A stretch of 64,000 nt of DNA from positions 248,001-312,000 of the forward strand of contig JASANG010001519.1 of the NCBI GenBank assembly GCA_030248215.1, in the 5' to 3' direction. Shown piece after piece: positions 11,501 through 23,600 of this stretch (positions within the stretch are counted from its first letter, which is position 1; each line of letters begins with the position of its first letter). The notes under the pieces are model-generated. The model was not told the DNA's origin. It made no database searches and worked only from the letters and a program-made list of their open reading frames with translations. This DNA comes from Enoplolaimus lenunculus (lineage: Eukaryota). The translations under genes and the position numbers were made by a program.

Positions 11501-14429
11501 CTCAAAATGGGGACCCCCTATTATTACCCCAATCTTATTCAGGTCAATACAGTATTTAAGTGGTAGTTCATACGCATGAGTGAATCAACACAATAAACCT
11601 ATATGTAATGTTATTTGATATCTTCGCTAGTGTCATAAAGCTCATAATCAGCCTGCTTGTCTACATGTGCACTGTGCAGACATTGCTATCGCCACTGATA
11701 TGAGGTGTTTTGCATTCGCACAATTACACACATATATACTTTGGCCATATGCCTATATTTCGTTTGCTATGCATAAATATTGGGAATTCTCTGGCTCAGC
11801 AGGGCAAGCCGGTGATTCGCATATGGTATTAATGGAGATGATCCTGGTTAAACCCGTGATATAGTGGTGCAACAGCAGAAAACAAAGCTGAAGAACACGA
11901 TCTAAACCTCTAAATTAATCCACAAACGGAAGAAGCATCATCAAAGGTTTACCTAGATACTGCGTTGGATGGTGTCTGCTATGATGTTTCCGTCCGGATT
12001 GTATACACTGCAAAAAACGGTGAGTCAAATTGACTCCCTCTGAAATAGGCTCTACGGGACTGCACAAATTGAGTCGAATTCAAACTCCGTCCGAGTCAAA
12101 TTCGGCTTACTGAGCCGCGCGTTTGACTCTGACGGAGTTGAATTTGACTCATTTTGTGTAGTCCCGTAGAGCCTATTTCGGAGGGAGTCAATTTGACTCA
12201 CCATTTTTTGCAGTGTGGATACTGCGTTGGATGGTGTCTGCTATGATGTACCCGTCCGGATTGAGTATAAAGAGTGTTCAATATAATTTGTTAAAAATAC
12301 CAGCCCGACCATTTATAGGTAAGTAAGCACTATAAGCAGTGTCGGAAACGGAATGAAAATATGCAATGAAATGTTTATAAACCGGTAATTTGCCTCACAA
12401 AATTTTTTACTGTTCAGTTGCTCAATATTGCTCTTACATGTACTGAAACAATAAACCGCAGATCGCATTGATGTGCAAACTGTTTGAGCTTGATAGCGGA
12501 AAATTAGTTTAGCAATTAAACAATGGACCGGAGAAAAATTGAAACTTTGATTTTAATGCACTTAATACACGGCTGTCGATACTTTTAATATTTTCATAAA
12601 ACCATAGTTTTTTGCCTGTTTACTTAAAAAGTTAAAATATAAAAAGAAAATATTAAAAAATATTTTTATAAAATTAAAAAAAAAATTTTGGAGTTGTATA
12701 ATTTGTTAATTCTGTATCTTAAAGAAATGATGCACGTTTATTGCATGAACAGACCAATGTTTGGTCAGGTTTACCTGATCGTCTGCTAACGACTGTTGCA
12801 GTCCTAAAAGAAAAACATGCTTTACTACGAAATTGAACTGATATTTATAAAGGGTCTAGGAAAGGCGTCGACAAACGTTGATGTGTAGCACCAATTTCCA
12901 AGGCAAATGCACATTATCTGTTCTACGACAACAATGGATTGGTTACAAAAGGGCAGCGGTATTTGGCTTTTACGGTTTATGCTTTACTGTAGGCAGATCC
13001 CTATAGTTTGGGCCGAAATTTGAATATCTATTAATTTGCTACGTACTCCAGCTATTAAGAATATTATCAGAATATATAAATTGCTGTTCCTTCATTAATA
13101 TATTTTGAACGCATATACCTAGTTTTCGGTAATGCCAAAAAGTTTCTGTGCGTTTGGTATTACGCACACAGCCCAGCACATGCTTTGTTAATATATTAAC
13201 AAGCAATCCGCGAGTCATCGAACACTTGACAGGGCCCAGGTATGGAACAGGGCCGGATCGTTTTCCGGAGGGGCTATAATAGAGTCAGGTTAAGCTTAAG
13301 ACTAATTTTTTGCTTAGGCTTAGGCTTAGGCTTTTACGAATATGCTCATTTATGCGCTTAGGCTCAGGCTTAGGCTTCATAGGTTAGGAATATGCTTATA
13401 CTACTGTTCCGGCCCTGTTCTATACATGCGGGCACTAAACTTGACAGTTGGCCATATTCATTAAATCGATTAATATTTCTTAAAACTCACCTCGATTATT
13501 GTATCCGTTATCGTATACAGCTGGTTTTTCGATAAACCTTTCATCAATTGGTATTGACATCACTGCACCATTTGCTGAAACAATAGTCAGTCCGTCAAGC
13601 CGAAGCATATTATGTTCTACGTTTCGTTACACAAAAGTATTGTTTAAAGCACAGTAGAAGTTAAATCGTCTCACAACTTAATGTTTTCCAGACGCGGTTC
13701 CGCTGATATTAGTAAACTAAGCAGCAGGGTGTGAAACGGATAATAACAACGGAAATGGAAATGGATTGTGATCGTAATATCGGAAACGAAAACGGAAAAC
13801 GGATATTGAGAAGTATAGAAATTTCGAACAGGTTCTACTTTTCTGCTGCGACATTCGTGACGTGGGATGCAAAGAAATTTTTAATATTTATAAATGAACA
13901 GGTTAATTTTTGTTTCAGTTCGGTCAATTGTAGCACATTTGTAATAAAAAATTGCGAGAAACTAGTATAATTTATACCTAAAATTTGAACGTAAAAATTT
14001 AATAAACTTCCGGCATTCCTATAACGGAAACAGAAACTGAAACGGATACCGAATTTTCCGGAAACGGATACCCGGTTACACTATGAAGTACCCTCTGCGA
14101 AAATAAGAAACAAGAATGTATATTTTATGCAGGTTTTCAGTAGTAAACTGGTTATATTCTAATAGTCAAAAACATTAAAAGCTAAGCAAAACTTGAACTC
14201 AACTCTGTAAACACATTTATATAAAACCATCCAATCCAAATATGGCTGGCGTCACCTACAAAATTAACAAAAATTCTAAGTGTTTCACCCAATTTACATT
14301 TTCTATCTTTTTTAAGCGTTAAAGCATTTAATACGTTTGATCAGAATATGACTTACGTAGTATATAATATCCGCAAACTTGATGTAGAATGCAGCTAAGA
14401 ATAGAAATATATCGGTTTATGTGTACCAT
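2573..14429 (-). CDS. Secreted astacin-family (M12A) zinc metalloprotease with a Thr/Ser linker and two C-terminal ShK domains, about 389 aa, 11 exons
   Basis: Phase-consistent GT-AG exons: 14429-14357, 13574-13491, 12803-12775, 10840-10762, 10245-10125, 9108-8933, 8303-8129, 6717-6575, 5936-5894, 4888-4806, 2736-2573. Catalytic motifs: WTNGVVPY, HEMMHAIGFVHEHNRPDR (Zn site), YDYGSLMHY (Met-turn), IGQRIGFSDYDLLKIQKLYRC. ShK domains: CIDLNEKCPKWATTGVC...CRLSCHNC and CYD...CPYSCGMC. The first three exons are less certain. Confidence 0.9.
3188..3448. mobile_element. piggyBac-like MITE carrying a tRNA-derived segment (second copy ~49895-50134)
   Basis: TTAA|CCCTTTCTCAC...GTGAAAAGGGG|TTAA; the internal sequence is shared with the 49.9 kb copy. 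Confidence 0.8.
4005..4743. mobile_element. Tc1/mariner-type MITE with TA TSD, interrupted by a hAT MITE
   Basis: TA|CTGTAGTGACCCGAATAAGAGGG...CCCTCTTATTCGGGTCACTACAG|TA; colinear with 316-761 apart from the insert. Confidence 0.85.
4075..4384. mobile_element. hAT-like MITE (CAGGGTGCAACCGGAGG family, CCGGAG/CCGGCT motifs), nested
   Basis: Perfect 8-bp TSD CTAATAAG (4067-4074 and 4385-4392); CA..TG termini. Confidence 0.85.
4905..5277. mobile_element. hAT-like MITE with ACGGAA motifs (relatives at ~13725-14085, ~16590-17051, ~26066-26490)
   Basis: CAGGGTGT..ACATCCTG ends; repeated AACGGA/CCGGTT subterminal motifs shared among copies. Confidence 0.65.
5630..5842. mobile_element. Palindromic CACTG-ended MITE (CMC/EnSpm-Mirage-like, GAGTC motifs)
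   Basis: Near-perfect hairpin CACTGCAAAAAATGGTGAGTCAAATTGACTC...; 2-bp TSD TG. Other copies at 3604-3791, 5432-5480, 8750-8869, 12006-12215, 44140-44319 (TA/TA) and 46532-46749. Confidence 0.85.
7180..7365 (+). mobile_element. TTAGGC-bearing MITE, subfamily 2 (TIR GGCC(C/A)ATGTAAAGA(T/A)CAGGGGCGGA)
   Basis: TIRs; TSD ACTTTCGG/GCTTTCGG. Other copies at 7586-7771, 8376-8585, ~28518-28662, ~42960-43062, ~47474-47543, 59506-59712, ~60428-60639, ~60756-60958 and ~62873-63027. Confidence 0.85.
7854..8016. mobile_element. hAT-like MITE
   Basis: TIR CAGGCCCGTAGCCA...TGGCTACGGGCCCG; TSD ATTCCTGT/ATTCTTGT. Confidence 0.7.
12006..12215. mobile_element. Palindromic CACTG-ended MITE
   Basis: Full-length copy of the 5630-5842 family. 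Confidence 0.85.
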
Positions 14430-15080
14430 AGTAAAAATCAAATATAGTGTCTTATACAATATACCAGTAAAATGATTGAATTCCAAAGACTGATATCATG
14501 TTTATAGCAGACTGGACTACTGAAATGTCATGTTTAAACAACTGTTAAAAACATTTGTTTGTTTTTTGAAAACATGCAAGGTATTGTTAAACAATCTGGT
14601 ACAAACCGAAAGTGCCTAAAAAGGGCTACAACACAGGTTGAGAAAGCTGACTGTTCTGCCCTCAATTTTCATACAACATCTATTATTGTATACAAAAACA
14701 AATTGTTGTATTGGATTGTAATTCTATGCTGTGTTTATTAGTGCTAAAACGCTTCGCAACTGGGCAATCACAGTAAGTTCCAACGAGGCCTGGCATTGAC
14801 TGGAATGATTTAGCTAGTGTGATGTTGAAGAAGTACAATAAAATATGAGACACGCGTACAGCTGCAAGTTTTTGCAACGATAGCTCCTAGCTGCAATTTG
14901 CAAGTGGAAGTTTTTCCATCAAGATTAGCCGCTGGTACATGCCAAGTTTTGGCAGCAAGAACTTGCGCCGGCAAGTTTTGCAATGAGTTGAACAAAAGTT
15001 GAAGCTGCTGTAAGGTTGTAGGGGTCTTCTGAAAATGTAGCTGTGTTGTTAGTGCGAAGTAGTGCGAAAGACTGAATACG

Positions 15081-15144
15081 GCTGGATTCGAACCAGCAAT
15101 CTTAGGTTATCCAGACCAATATTCTTAAATGTAGCTATCGCCGC
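15081..15144 (-). other. tRNA-derived (SINE-head-like) remnant; a similar one lies at ~41091-41156 (-)
   Basis: The minus strand has an A-box-like TAGC.. motif and the B box GGTTCGAATCC; the cloverleaf is incomplete. Confidence 0.45.
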
Positions 15145-16060
15145 GCTGCATCAACTGTTTGTGTTAGCTATTAACTTTGATATTTACCAGTGTGCTACGT
15201 TGTGTGTACTACGTAGTTATCACAAAGGTATTGTGTTACGTATCAGCTTTTACCTCTGTACTTGTTTTACATTCCGGTGTTCTATCGGACAGTACCTGTC
15301 ATTCTCTCTTTTTATGAGGTCGTCCTGTGGCGGTCATACGTTTTAATGGCTCTCTGTAAGCATGGGAGACATGCTTGTCTCACTGCATCGTTAGTTAGAA
15401 ACCACCCGTAACGGGCTTCTGCACCTGATTCAGTTAAAAGTTCGCAAGTCTTTTGTCCTGCCTAGACCTACAGCGCTCTTTAGTTTTAGGGTCAAAAATT
15501 AATAAAAATCGAAATATACGTCTTTTTTTAAAAAATTTAGGTTTTTTCATGCTCAGAATGATGTGGTGGATCAGAAAGTAAGATTTTCCCACAAAATTTT
15601 CTTTTTTCATCTTCTCAGATTTTTCACGTGTTAAGAGTTTAACTTTTTCTTAATGTTAATTCGAAACGCCACGATTTATCAGGTGTGGATAGAGTGAGTT
15701 GTGTAGTGCGTGGGGTTTGAGGGGTGGTAGCCCCGCCCCACATCCGGCTTTGTTTCCCTTTAGAACGTATTGAGGTAAACACGGAAATACCGAAATTTTT
15801 ACAAAACAAGCCATTTTTTGATTTTTGTTACAACTACAACTACAACAGCAACTTTACTTTGTAAAATAGTAGATACGTGAAGGTAATAGAAAATACAAAT
15901 AGTATAAAGTAAAGGTAAAACAGAAATCGGAGCAAACTTCCTTTACATCTGAGTGAGAAAGGTTCGGTCATACGTTAACGAGTTAGTGAAATCCACCTTT
16001 TTAAGTTTTTTTAAATCAATAGCGGATTTCTTAACAGGCTTTCGCTTGCGGATCTTCCAG

Positions 16061-16485
16061 TCATAACCGCAGGTATTTTGGGTAATGTTTTAATTTAAGA
16101 CTAGATGTTCGCTCGCAGTCTATTTTATTATTCAGAAACTTAAAAATCGTCGCTAGAACATTGATTAAGCGGCGTTTTTCCAGTGGTTCAATGCCAAGGA
16201 ATTTAATTCTTTCGTTGTAACTTACCATTTCCCGGCCGCACTGATAAAATATTCGACGGATAAAGAATATCTGCACCTTTTCAATCATGTCAATATACTC
16301 GCATACTCTAGTATTGGTGTTACACAGTTGACATATGCATGTAATCATTAATCGACATCAGAAAACAAAAAACAACGAAAGAGCATATTACTGACACTAT
16401 TGGATTTGAAACAATTTTATGAATATGCATATTGAATTTCAGATTTTCGTTGATAGTTATACCAAGGTCTTTAACAATTTGAGGG
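16061..16485 (-). mobile_element. Degenerate non-LTR retrotransposon (CR1/L2-like) ORF2 C-terminal fragment
   Basis: Frameshifted VKDLGITINENLKFNMHIHKIVS and DMIEKVQ...SYNERIKFLGIEPLEKRRL...IFKFLNN, typical of the region following the RT domain in CR1-group LINEs. Confidence 0.8.
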
Positions 16486-17614
16486 ATCTGGTATAGTACG
16501 TGTTTCAACAAAATACTGATACCAATAACCCTATAACGAAGGAGTATTAATGGGCTCACGCCTCGGCTGTATGTCCTTTTAGGTTCCAGTCAGTGTGCAA
16601 CCGGAATCCCGGTTGCGGTTCCGGCATTTTTCACCTTACGGTGTCGGTTCAAGTAAATTTTACCGCAATTAAAAATTCCGGTAGTATTAAATAATTATGG
16701 TCGTTTTACTTTGCTAATCTTTAAGAAGCCTTTTTAAACCCACTTGTACAATTAGTGACGATAAAAATGAAAAAAATTTAATTTGTATAGTATTTAAACC
16801 TTGATAATTATCGAAAATGAACCGTCGAAGGTTGATTTCGCTGCAGTGGACAACAAAACTAAAAAATATACAGGAGATTAAGTCAATACCTATCTTCAAC
16901 TAAGGTTGTTTCAACAATAATATAGCAAAAAAAAAAGAAAATTCAGATGAATAGTTCGATGGCATGCATTTTTATTTTTCACTTTCCGGTTCCGGTAATT
17001 TTTTCAAATTTCGTTTCTGGCTTCGGTAATTGTAATTCCGGTTGCATTCTGGTTCCATTGTGGGCACCGTGTACGATTGTGGGATCTCGTGCACAATGTA
17101 CGTGTTATATTAGTGCGAAGCAGTTGAATCAATTTTTTTGCAGAGAGAGCTTGTAGTTGCAAGTATTACTCAAAAATCCATTACAAATCTTGCCGAAAAA
17201 GAATAACTTAGATATATTTAGTGTTTTCCACAGCATTTACTTTTGGAAACAGCGGTGAATCTAGCAGATGGGTAGCGTGTCCCCAAACAGCCTCTTGCTT
17301 AAAATTTTCTTTAAAACGAAACTTTCGGAATACAAAAACTATTTTCGTCACCGGAAAATATGTATACAGGATAGGGCGCAAACACATATAACAACTGCCC
17401 ACCTTCTTCTCACACAAGATAAACGTCCAAAATACACTATAATTAACTCGTGGGTATGCACCTTAAACACATTATATATTTAGTTAGATAAAGTACCATT
17501 TTCATACTATGATTACAGAGGAAATTAGCAACAACTAATTTACACCACAGTAATTTGTATTTATATTACACGCATTATAGTTTCTACTTTCTTCTATACG
17601 TATTATGTGTAATT

Positions 17615-20600
17615 ATGGAAGAAGTTGATCAGTTACTAATACAGAATGCTATTTCTATTGGCTGGTAAGTGATAATTTAGCAAGTCGAAGCGATTTATGT
17701 TTTGTACTCGGGGTCGAAAGGTGGATGTCTGTGTGTCTGGTCGTCCGATGGTATTTTCAAACCTAAATACACAGTGGGTTTTAACCTCGTTTTGATGTTA
17801 TATAATTTAAGTCGTTTACTAGCTACTGGCTAATTTGACATTTGCTATGTCAACATTGGCAGTTGAGTTTGGGAATATATATGTTTAATTACGTATACAT
17901 TGAGAACTAGTCGAAACTGAGTCAATGTCACAATAATCTATTCTAAATTTACAGCGACTTAGAAAACGCTTCGACGGTTCGTGAATTTTCAACGGAGCAA
18001 GTGATACAAATAATTGTTCAGTGCTTGCGTGTTATTGATTCAAAATATGAAACTGAGTTTCCATCTGCTGTGCTGCCTCCAGCAATGACAGGCCGATTCA
18101 AAATGTGTTCCAAATTAGTAACAGCTCTGCAGGTATGAATAATACGTATATTATGTTGTATGTATCTTGTATGTATCATATGCAGCGCATATATAATATA
18201 AATGCTTAGCAATACTTGCATCAAAGTTCACTGATTTGGCCTATCTGCGCAAACGCTCGTGAATGGCCTCAACGTGTTATAGCGTATGAAACGTGAGAAA
18301 TGTGTAAAGTTCTAGCTTTGTAATCTTATATATTAGAGATGCCCCGGACCGGGGCCAATACAACCTTTAAATGACTCCATGAAACACAATTCTATCACAC
18401 TCGGTTCTCGTTTGAAACAAAAAAATCACAGGAAACACCAACCAAAAACACTGCGTGATACTAACACAAAACGTTAACTTTTGTATGAGGAGATCACTGT
18501 ACATGGTATTTTTTATTTTGCCACGGTTTGCTGTACACGCTACACAATGTATAGATTGTTTTTTCCCACGGTTAGCCAAATATAGGTATATATGTCGTAG
18601 CTTATGCTGATACGTTGGTTTACGTTTTCTAACTTGGCCCCGAGCGGTCCCGGCCCCGCCCCTAATAAAATCCCGAAACCGGGGCAACTTTAAAGTAATA
18701 TAGTGGCTTAAAAATGTTAAAATTATTAAACTTATTTCGCTTCTGGGACATGCGCTAAAACTTTTAAGTTAACTTGAAATGGTTTTGAGCAGCATTAGGA
18801 GTTGTGACGTTACTAGTTTATTACATAGTTTGTCTATTGATAACTTATGGTTTTGTTGCGCATTATGGTTTCTGTCGTATATTTTACAATGGTATGACTT
18901 TCAGAATTTAGGATATCGAGGCGACCTTGGCTATCAAACGCTGCTGTATGGAAGCGAGATGGACCGAAGGAATATATTGCTCTTTTTGGTTGAAAAACTT
19001 CCACACGATGTAGAAAATACCGGTATTGTTACTGCAAGTAAGGCAACAAATTTTGTACCATGTATCTGTCTCTTGATTAAAGCTTACTTAACTCGCGAAC
19101 CACCTAGCTAGATAGTCCTAACGGTGTGCACTATTATCTCGGTTCAGCTTCCAACTCCGTAAGATTTCAGCATCACCAGTTGGTTCTGCAAACACTTGTA
19201 AAATACCAATAAGTCAGTTTTTTCGTGTCTACGTTTAGTTCATAGTTTTTCGGACACATTGTAGGCAGTGGGGACAAATTGAGACAAACCGTATGTCAGT
19301 CGGTGAAAGATGCATTGCTCAAACAGTGGCAGCCATGGTTTGACGCGAGCGATGCGAATGTGGTAATCTTCTTTCAGCGTTTTGTTTGAATGAATATTTA
19401 CGTGAGCTTGGCTTTGTTGTTTTCAATAGAGGAAAACACGTTTGAACATTGCTCATATTGTTTGGCTAAAGTTTTCATTTGACGTTCAATTTGCGGTTAC
19501 ATTAGCGGTTATAGAAACATTTATATATATTCCAGTCTAACCCGCATACCGTTTCCTTTGTTGCGGAACCTCTACAGTGGCCTTCAACAAAAACTAATGT
19601 GCCGGCGTTTGCTGATCAGTTGTCTGTTGCGTATCGCTACGTGCCCTCTGTGCTACAGCTACTTTCAGGAGATCAAAAATTGACATCTCACAGTTTGAAT
19701 GTTTGTATTTTATTGTTGCTTTTTAGCTAGCAGTAGTATTGAGTTAATAGGAAAACTTGCGGAAACATAATCTGTTTGTCTTATGCAAATGGAAGGTCAT
19801 TTTTTAACGAATTGCGTATATGCTGACATACAAACATACAATTGCGTATGTTTACAAGGCGAAGCCAAAGCTGCAGTACTTAGTGTAATTATTTGTTCTG
19901 CACCGTTACTACATAGAGGTGATCCTGTAGTTATTGTATACATTGTTGTATATTTAGACAGCTGCGTAAAAAATCGAATATTTTAAATATATAAGTTTAA
20001 GTATTTATGGTGTAACATTTTTGCATAAGTATTGCCAATGGGCTGGAATGGAAAATATGGAACACTGTTCCGTTGGAATATGTAGATTTACTGAGCACTT
20101 AGCTGTTTTAGAGTCTCATGCTAACAGAGCACGTTTTGTTACCAAGTGGCGATGAAGGAAACGAACTCATCAAAAGAATATTGGCTAGTCAACGACTCAG
20201 TAAAAGCACCTCAACCGGTGTTAAAGCCGCCAGACCAAAAGGTCCGAAACCAAAACTGCTACCAAAACCAACAAAGAATGCGTCTGATCAAGTTTGTGCT
20301 ACATAATATAAAAACATTTAATTTAGAAACAAAACTTTTGTGTTTTTTCTGTTGCGATTATAAATAATAAGTTGAAGTTATTAATTTATTGCTCGGTTAA
20401 TGATAACGCTCAATCGCATTATATGATATGAAAATTTTTGCCAGGGAAGAATTTGTTAACCGAATTCCTAAAACAGCGTGAAGTAATTCGCAACACCGCA
20501 TATTGGCACGATTCGTCAAGTAATATTTTGTCACCACTGTTTGCTACTTAGTAACACTTTTGTTTCAGGATTCGAATAAAGTAAATGTGGTCGATTGCCA

Positions 20601-23600
20601 ACAAAAACAAACTGCTTTGTTTGTAGAATTAGGGAATCTGCAAACAAATATCGAAGAAACGTTAGAAGCAATTAATAAAGTATGATGCCTGTAGACCAGC
20701 CGTTTAAAAATAAGGTTCAGATTTCAAACATTTGTTATTGATAACAGTTTGAAATAACCGAACCTTGCATTTTTGCTCTCAGTTTCGGCTGGACTCGAGC
20801 TGCGCTGCTGAATTCTGCCTTGACTCGTTGCAAATACCGCAGTTTGTTTTCTCTAAGATGTATGTAAGGTATAGGCACACAGTAATCTCTGATTGTATCT
20901 ACTGCAGCTTTTGATTGTTTACCGATGCCAATTCCAATTTTAACACGCGATGATTTAAAAAACTGATATAGGAGTACTACAAATTGTTATAAACGCAAAG
21001 ACTTAAACCCTAACAACCTAAATGGTTATAATTTTATGAAAACTGTTCATTTTTAAATTATTTTTTCAATGACAAACGCAAGACACAGAACAGTTTCCTA
21101 ATCACACGTACTGATATACACTAACAGTTGAAATTGAAGTACTCAAACGTGCTACTATGTGCAAACTTTCACCATTTCGATTTATACGCCAGTACAAAAT
21201 TTTGTGCTGGATGCTTGACGATAATGGCACCAACAGTGCTATATTACAAACATTATTGTGTAGTAAAATATTAAGTTTTACACTAATTCTGATTGCAATA
21301 CTAATACAGCGAAACAACTCTGAAAAGCTCGGTTTTGCCGAATTTGAAAGTCATTGCGTTTCTAGTTTTGTTTCATTTTGCAGTAAGCAATGGAAATTAC
21401 TGCTAAGAATGCAATACAAGCAGTGAATATTAAATTTAAAATTTAATATTTCGCGCGCTATATAGGTCTGTTTGACTAGTTCCGCCAGTTACCTGCTACT
21501 TTTTTAGTTTCGACTTCGAAATCTTTTACGTTTTGCGTTTAGGCTTCAAAATCAACTGCTGAATATGACCTGCTTAGTTTCGAATTGTTGGAAATGCTCA
21601 AAACCAAACGTAAAATGGCTAAAGTGTTGACAAACATTGACGAAGCTATTTTAAGTTTAACTGTTAGTTCATTATCGTTATCTGTTTGTTAGTGTTGTGC
21701 AATCACCACTTTTTCTACTGGTCGGCTGGCGGCCAACGGGACGTTGACCGGTCGGCGGGTCATTGGCCGCCGGTTGGCCTACAAATTTTAAAAATTATGA
21801 AACATTTTCATGTATATATTGTTGCGTTTTTAGAAGCAATACCAATCATTTTAGGATCAGTAATTCAACAAGCAGTGACCTCGTTGTGCAATATACGTTA
21901 ATTAAAAAGAACAAGTTCAGTAGTCTCCAAAAAGTTTTAATTGAAGACAGTTCACCGCATTGTTTCTAAATATTTTATATACCACAACATCTATGCAAAA
22001 TAGTGCCGATCACTACCCTTCATGCAATTAACACGACGAAACATTTAGTCAAAATATTGGTTTATTTTGCCATGAGGGCCGTCCCGCTGTCCCGGGAGAC
22101 AAGAAATAGAAATGCAACGTAGGCAAACCCGCGATCAAAACACGCCTCCTGCTTACACATACATTTGTACACATTAAACAGGGGTGTAGCCAATGGGATT
22201 TAAGTGTCAACTACCCCCGTTTTGGATTTGAATCCATTTACTTGAACAGCTTAAATTTCTAATATAGTATATAACTGTGTTTTCAATGCTTTTAATGCGA
22301 GAATTGCTTAGTGCTGGGGGCTTGACAGCGGCTTACCCCCATCATGCTTATCGTCCTTTGAAATCGCATGGGTTTAGGGGGCGGTAGCTTAGTAAATTTA
22401 ACAAAGGGCATAGCTAGGGGGGCTTCATGTGTTAACTCGACCCGTTTGGGGTTAGAAATCCAGCCATTCTGAAACTGTAGGCGCAACTCATAGGTATCAA
22501 CAAACAATAGTAAAATCTGACCTAACTTCATTTATGTTGAATTTAACTATAAATTTTTATTTTGCAAAAATCTCCCTCCTTTTTCGGTGCGAAAACTTAA
22601 TTCAATCTTAACATTGACCATAATGATGACTAGGCAACATGTCAGATAAAAATTTTAGAGTCGAAATTTAAATATGATTAAAAATAGTAGATTAATGACG
22701 TCACAATGTTATTAGCTTTTTCTGTGATAAGCAATTACTGGCCGGACGGTTCCTTTCCGGAGCACAACACTACTGTTTATATATTTTTGTTGCATCGGAA
22801 CTTCACAACAATGAATAATGTCGTACAAATCCCGGTATGATAATTAAACAAAGCCTTCTAACGGAAGTCTGAATCTGTGTTAAACGTTGTATTAAACTGT
22901 AAGCGAAAATGATATTTTACTCTTGGACTTGTTCATTTTGTCATTATGATCACGGACATTATGCAAGTGCCATCGCGATTCCGTTTCAGTCCGCCGCTTT
23001 GAACGCGATTGCTCGCAAACACGATTTGAACTACTGCAGTTACTGCGACCATACCAGCGACTGCAGCCGCGATTACTTATTATATAATGGTTACATCTGT
23101 TCTTTGCACCACGGCTGGAGTCGTGTCGTTAGATGCGACTGGTCGTAACCGAAGAAAATTCAAATACAAATGTGCAGCGCATTATGATGCTTGACTGTAT
23201 TTGATGAAAATTGATATTAATTTGCCGAAGCAAATATTTCTTGGCGTGACGTAAAGATTTGCAAGTGTCTTTAGGAGTTTGCTGCGGATGCTGAAACGAA
23301 AAAAGTGGAAATTGAAACGCAGTGGCAAAACGCCCGTCGGCCTTTACTAGAAGAAATTTCGCAACTGAAAGCTTCAGTTGTTAGACCTAAGGTTAGTCCA
23401 AGCATTAGGTGCCACTTGCAGTGGCATAGTGGCGTGGCGATTTCTTGCTGCAGAAACTAAAATGTGTGAATGTTGTTTTGTTAAAGTTCAAAAGCTGATA
23501 CTTTCGCGACTGTATTGCATAACTGTCGCTTGCAGATTTGACAGGTTTTTTCGTTAAATGTTTGTCGGAAATTTTTTTAACAAGTTGAAAGTATTGACAT

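Noticed and set aside
11953..12003. Possible astacin exon (SGRKHHSRHHPTQYL) with a GTAAAC donor
   Set aside because: The flanking exons already join in phase 0, there is no acceptor, and the segment abuts a MITE.
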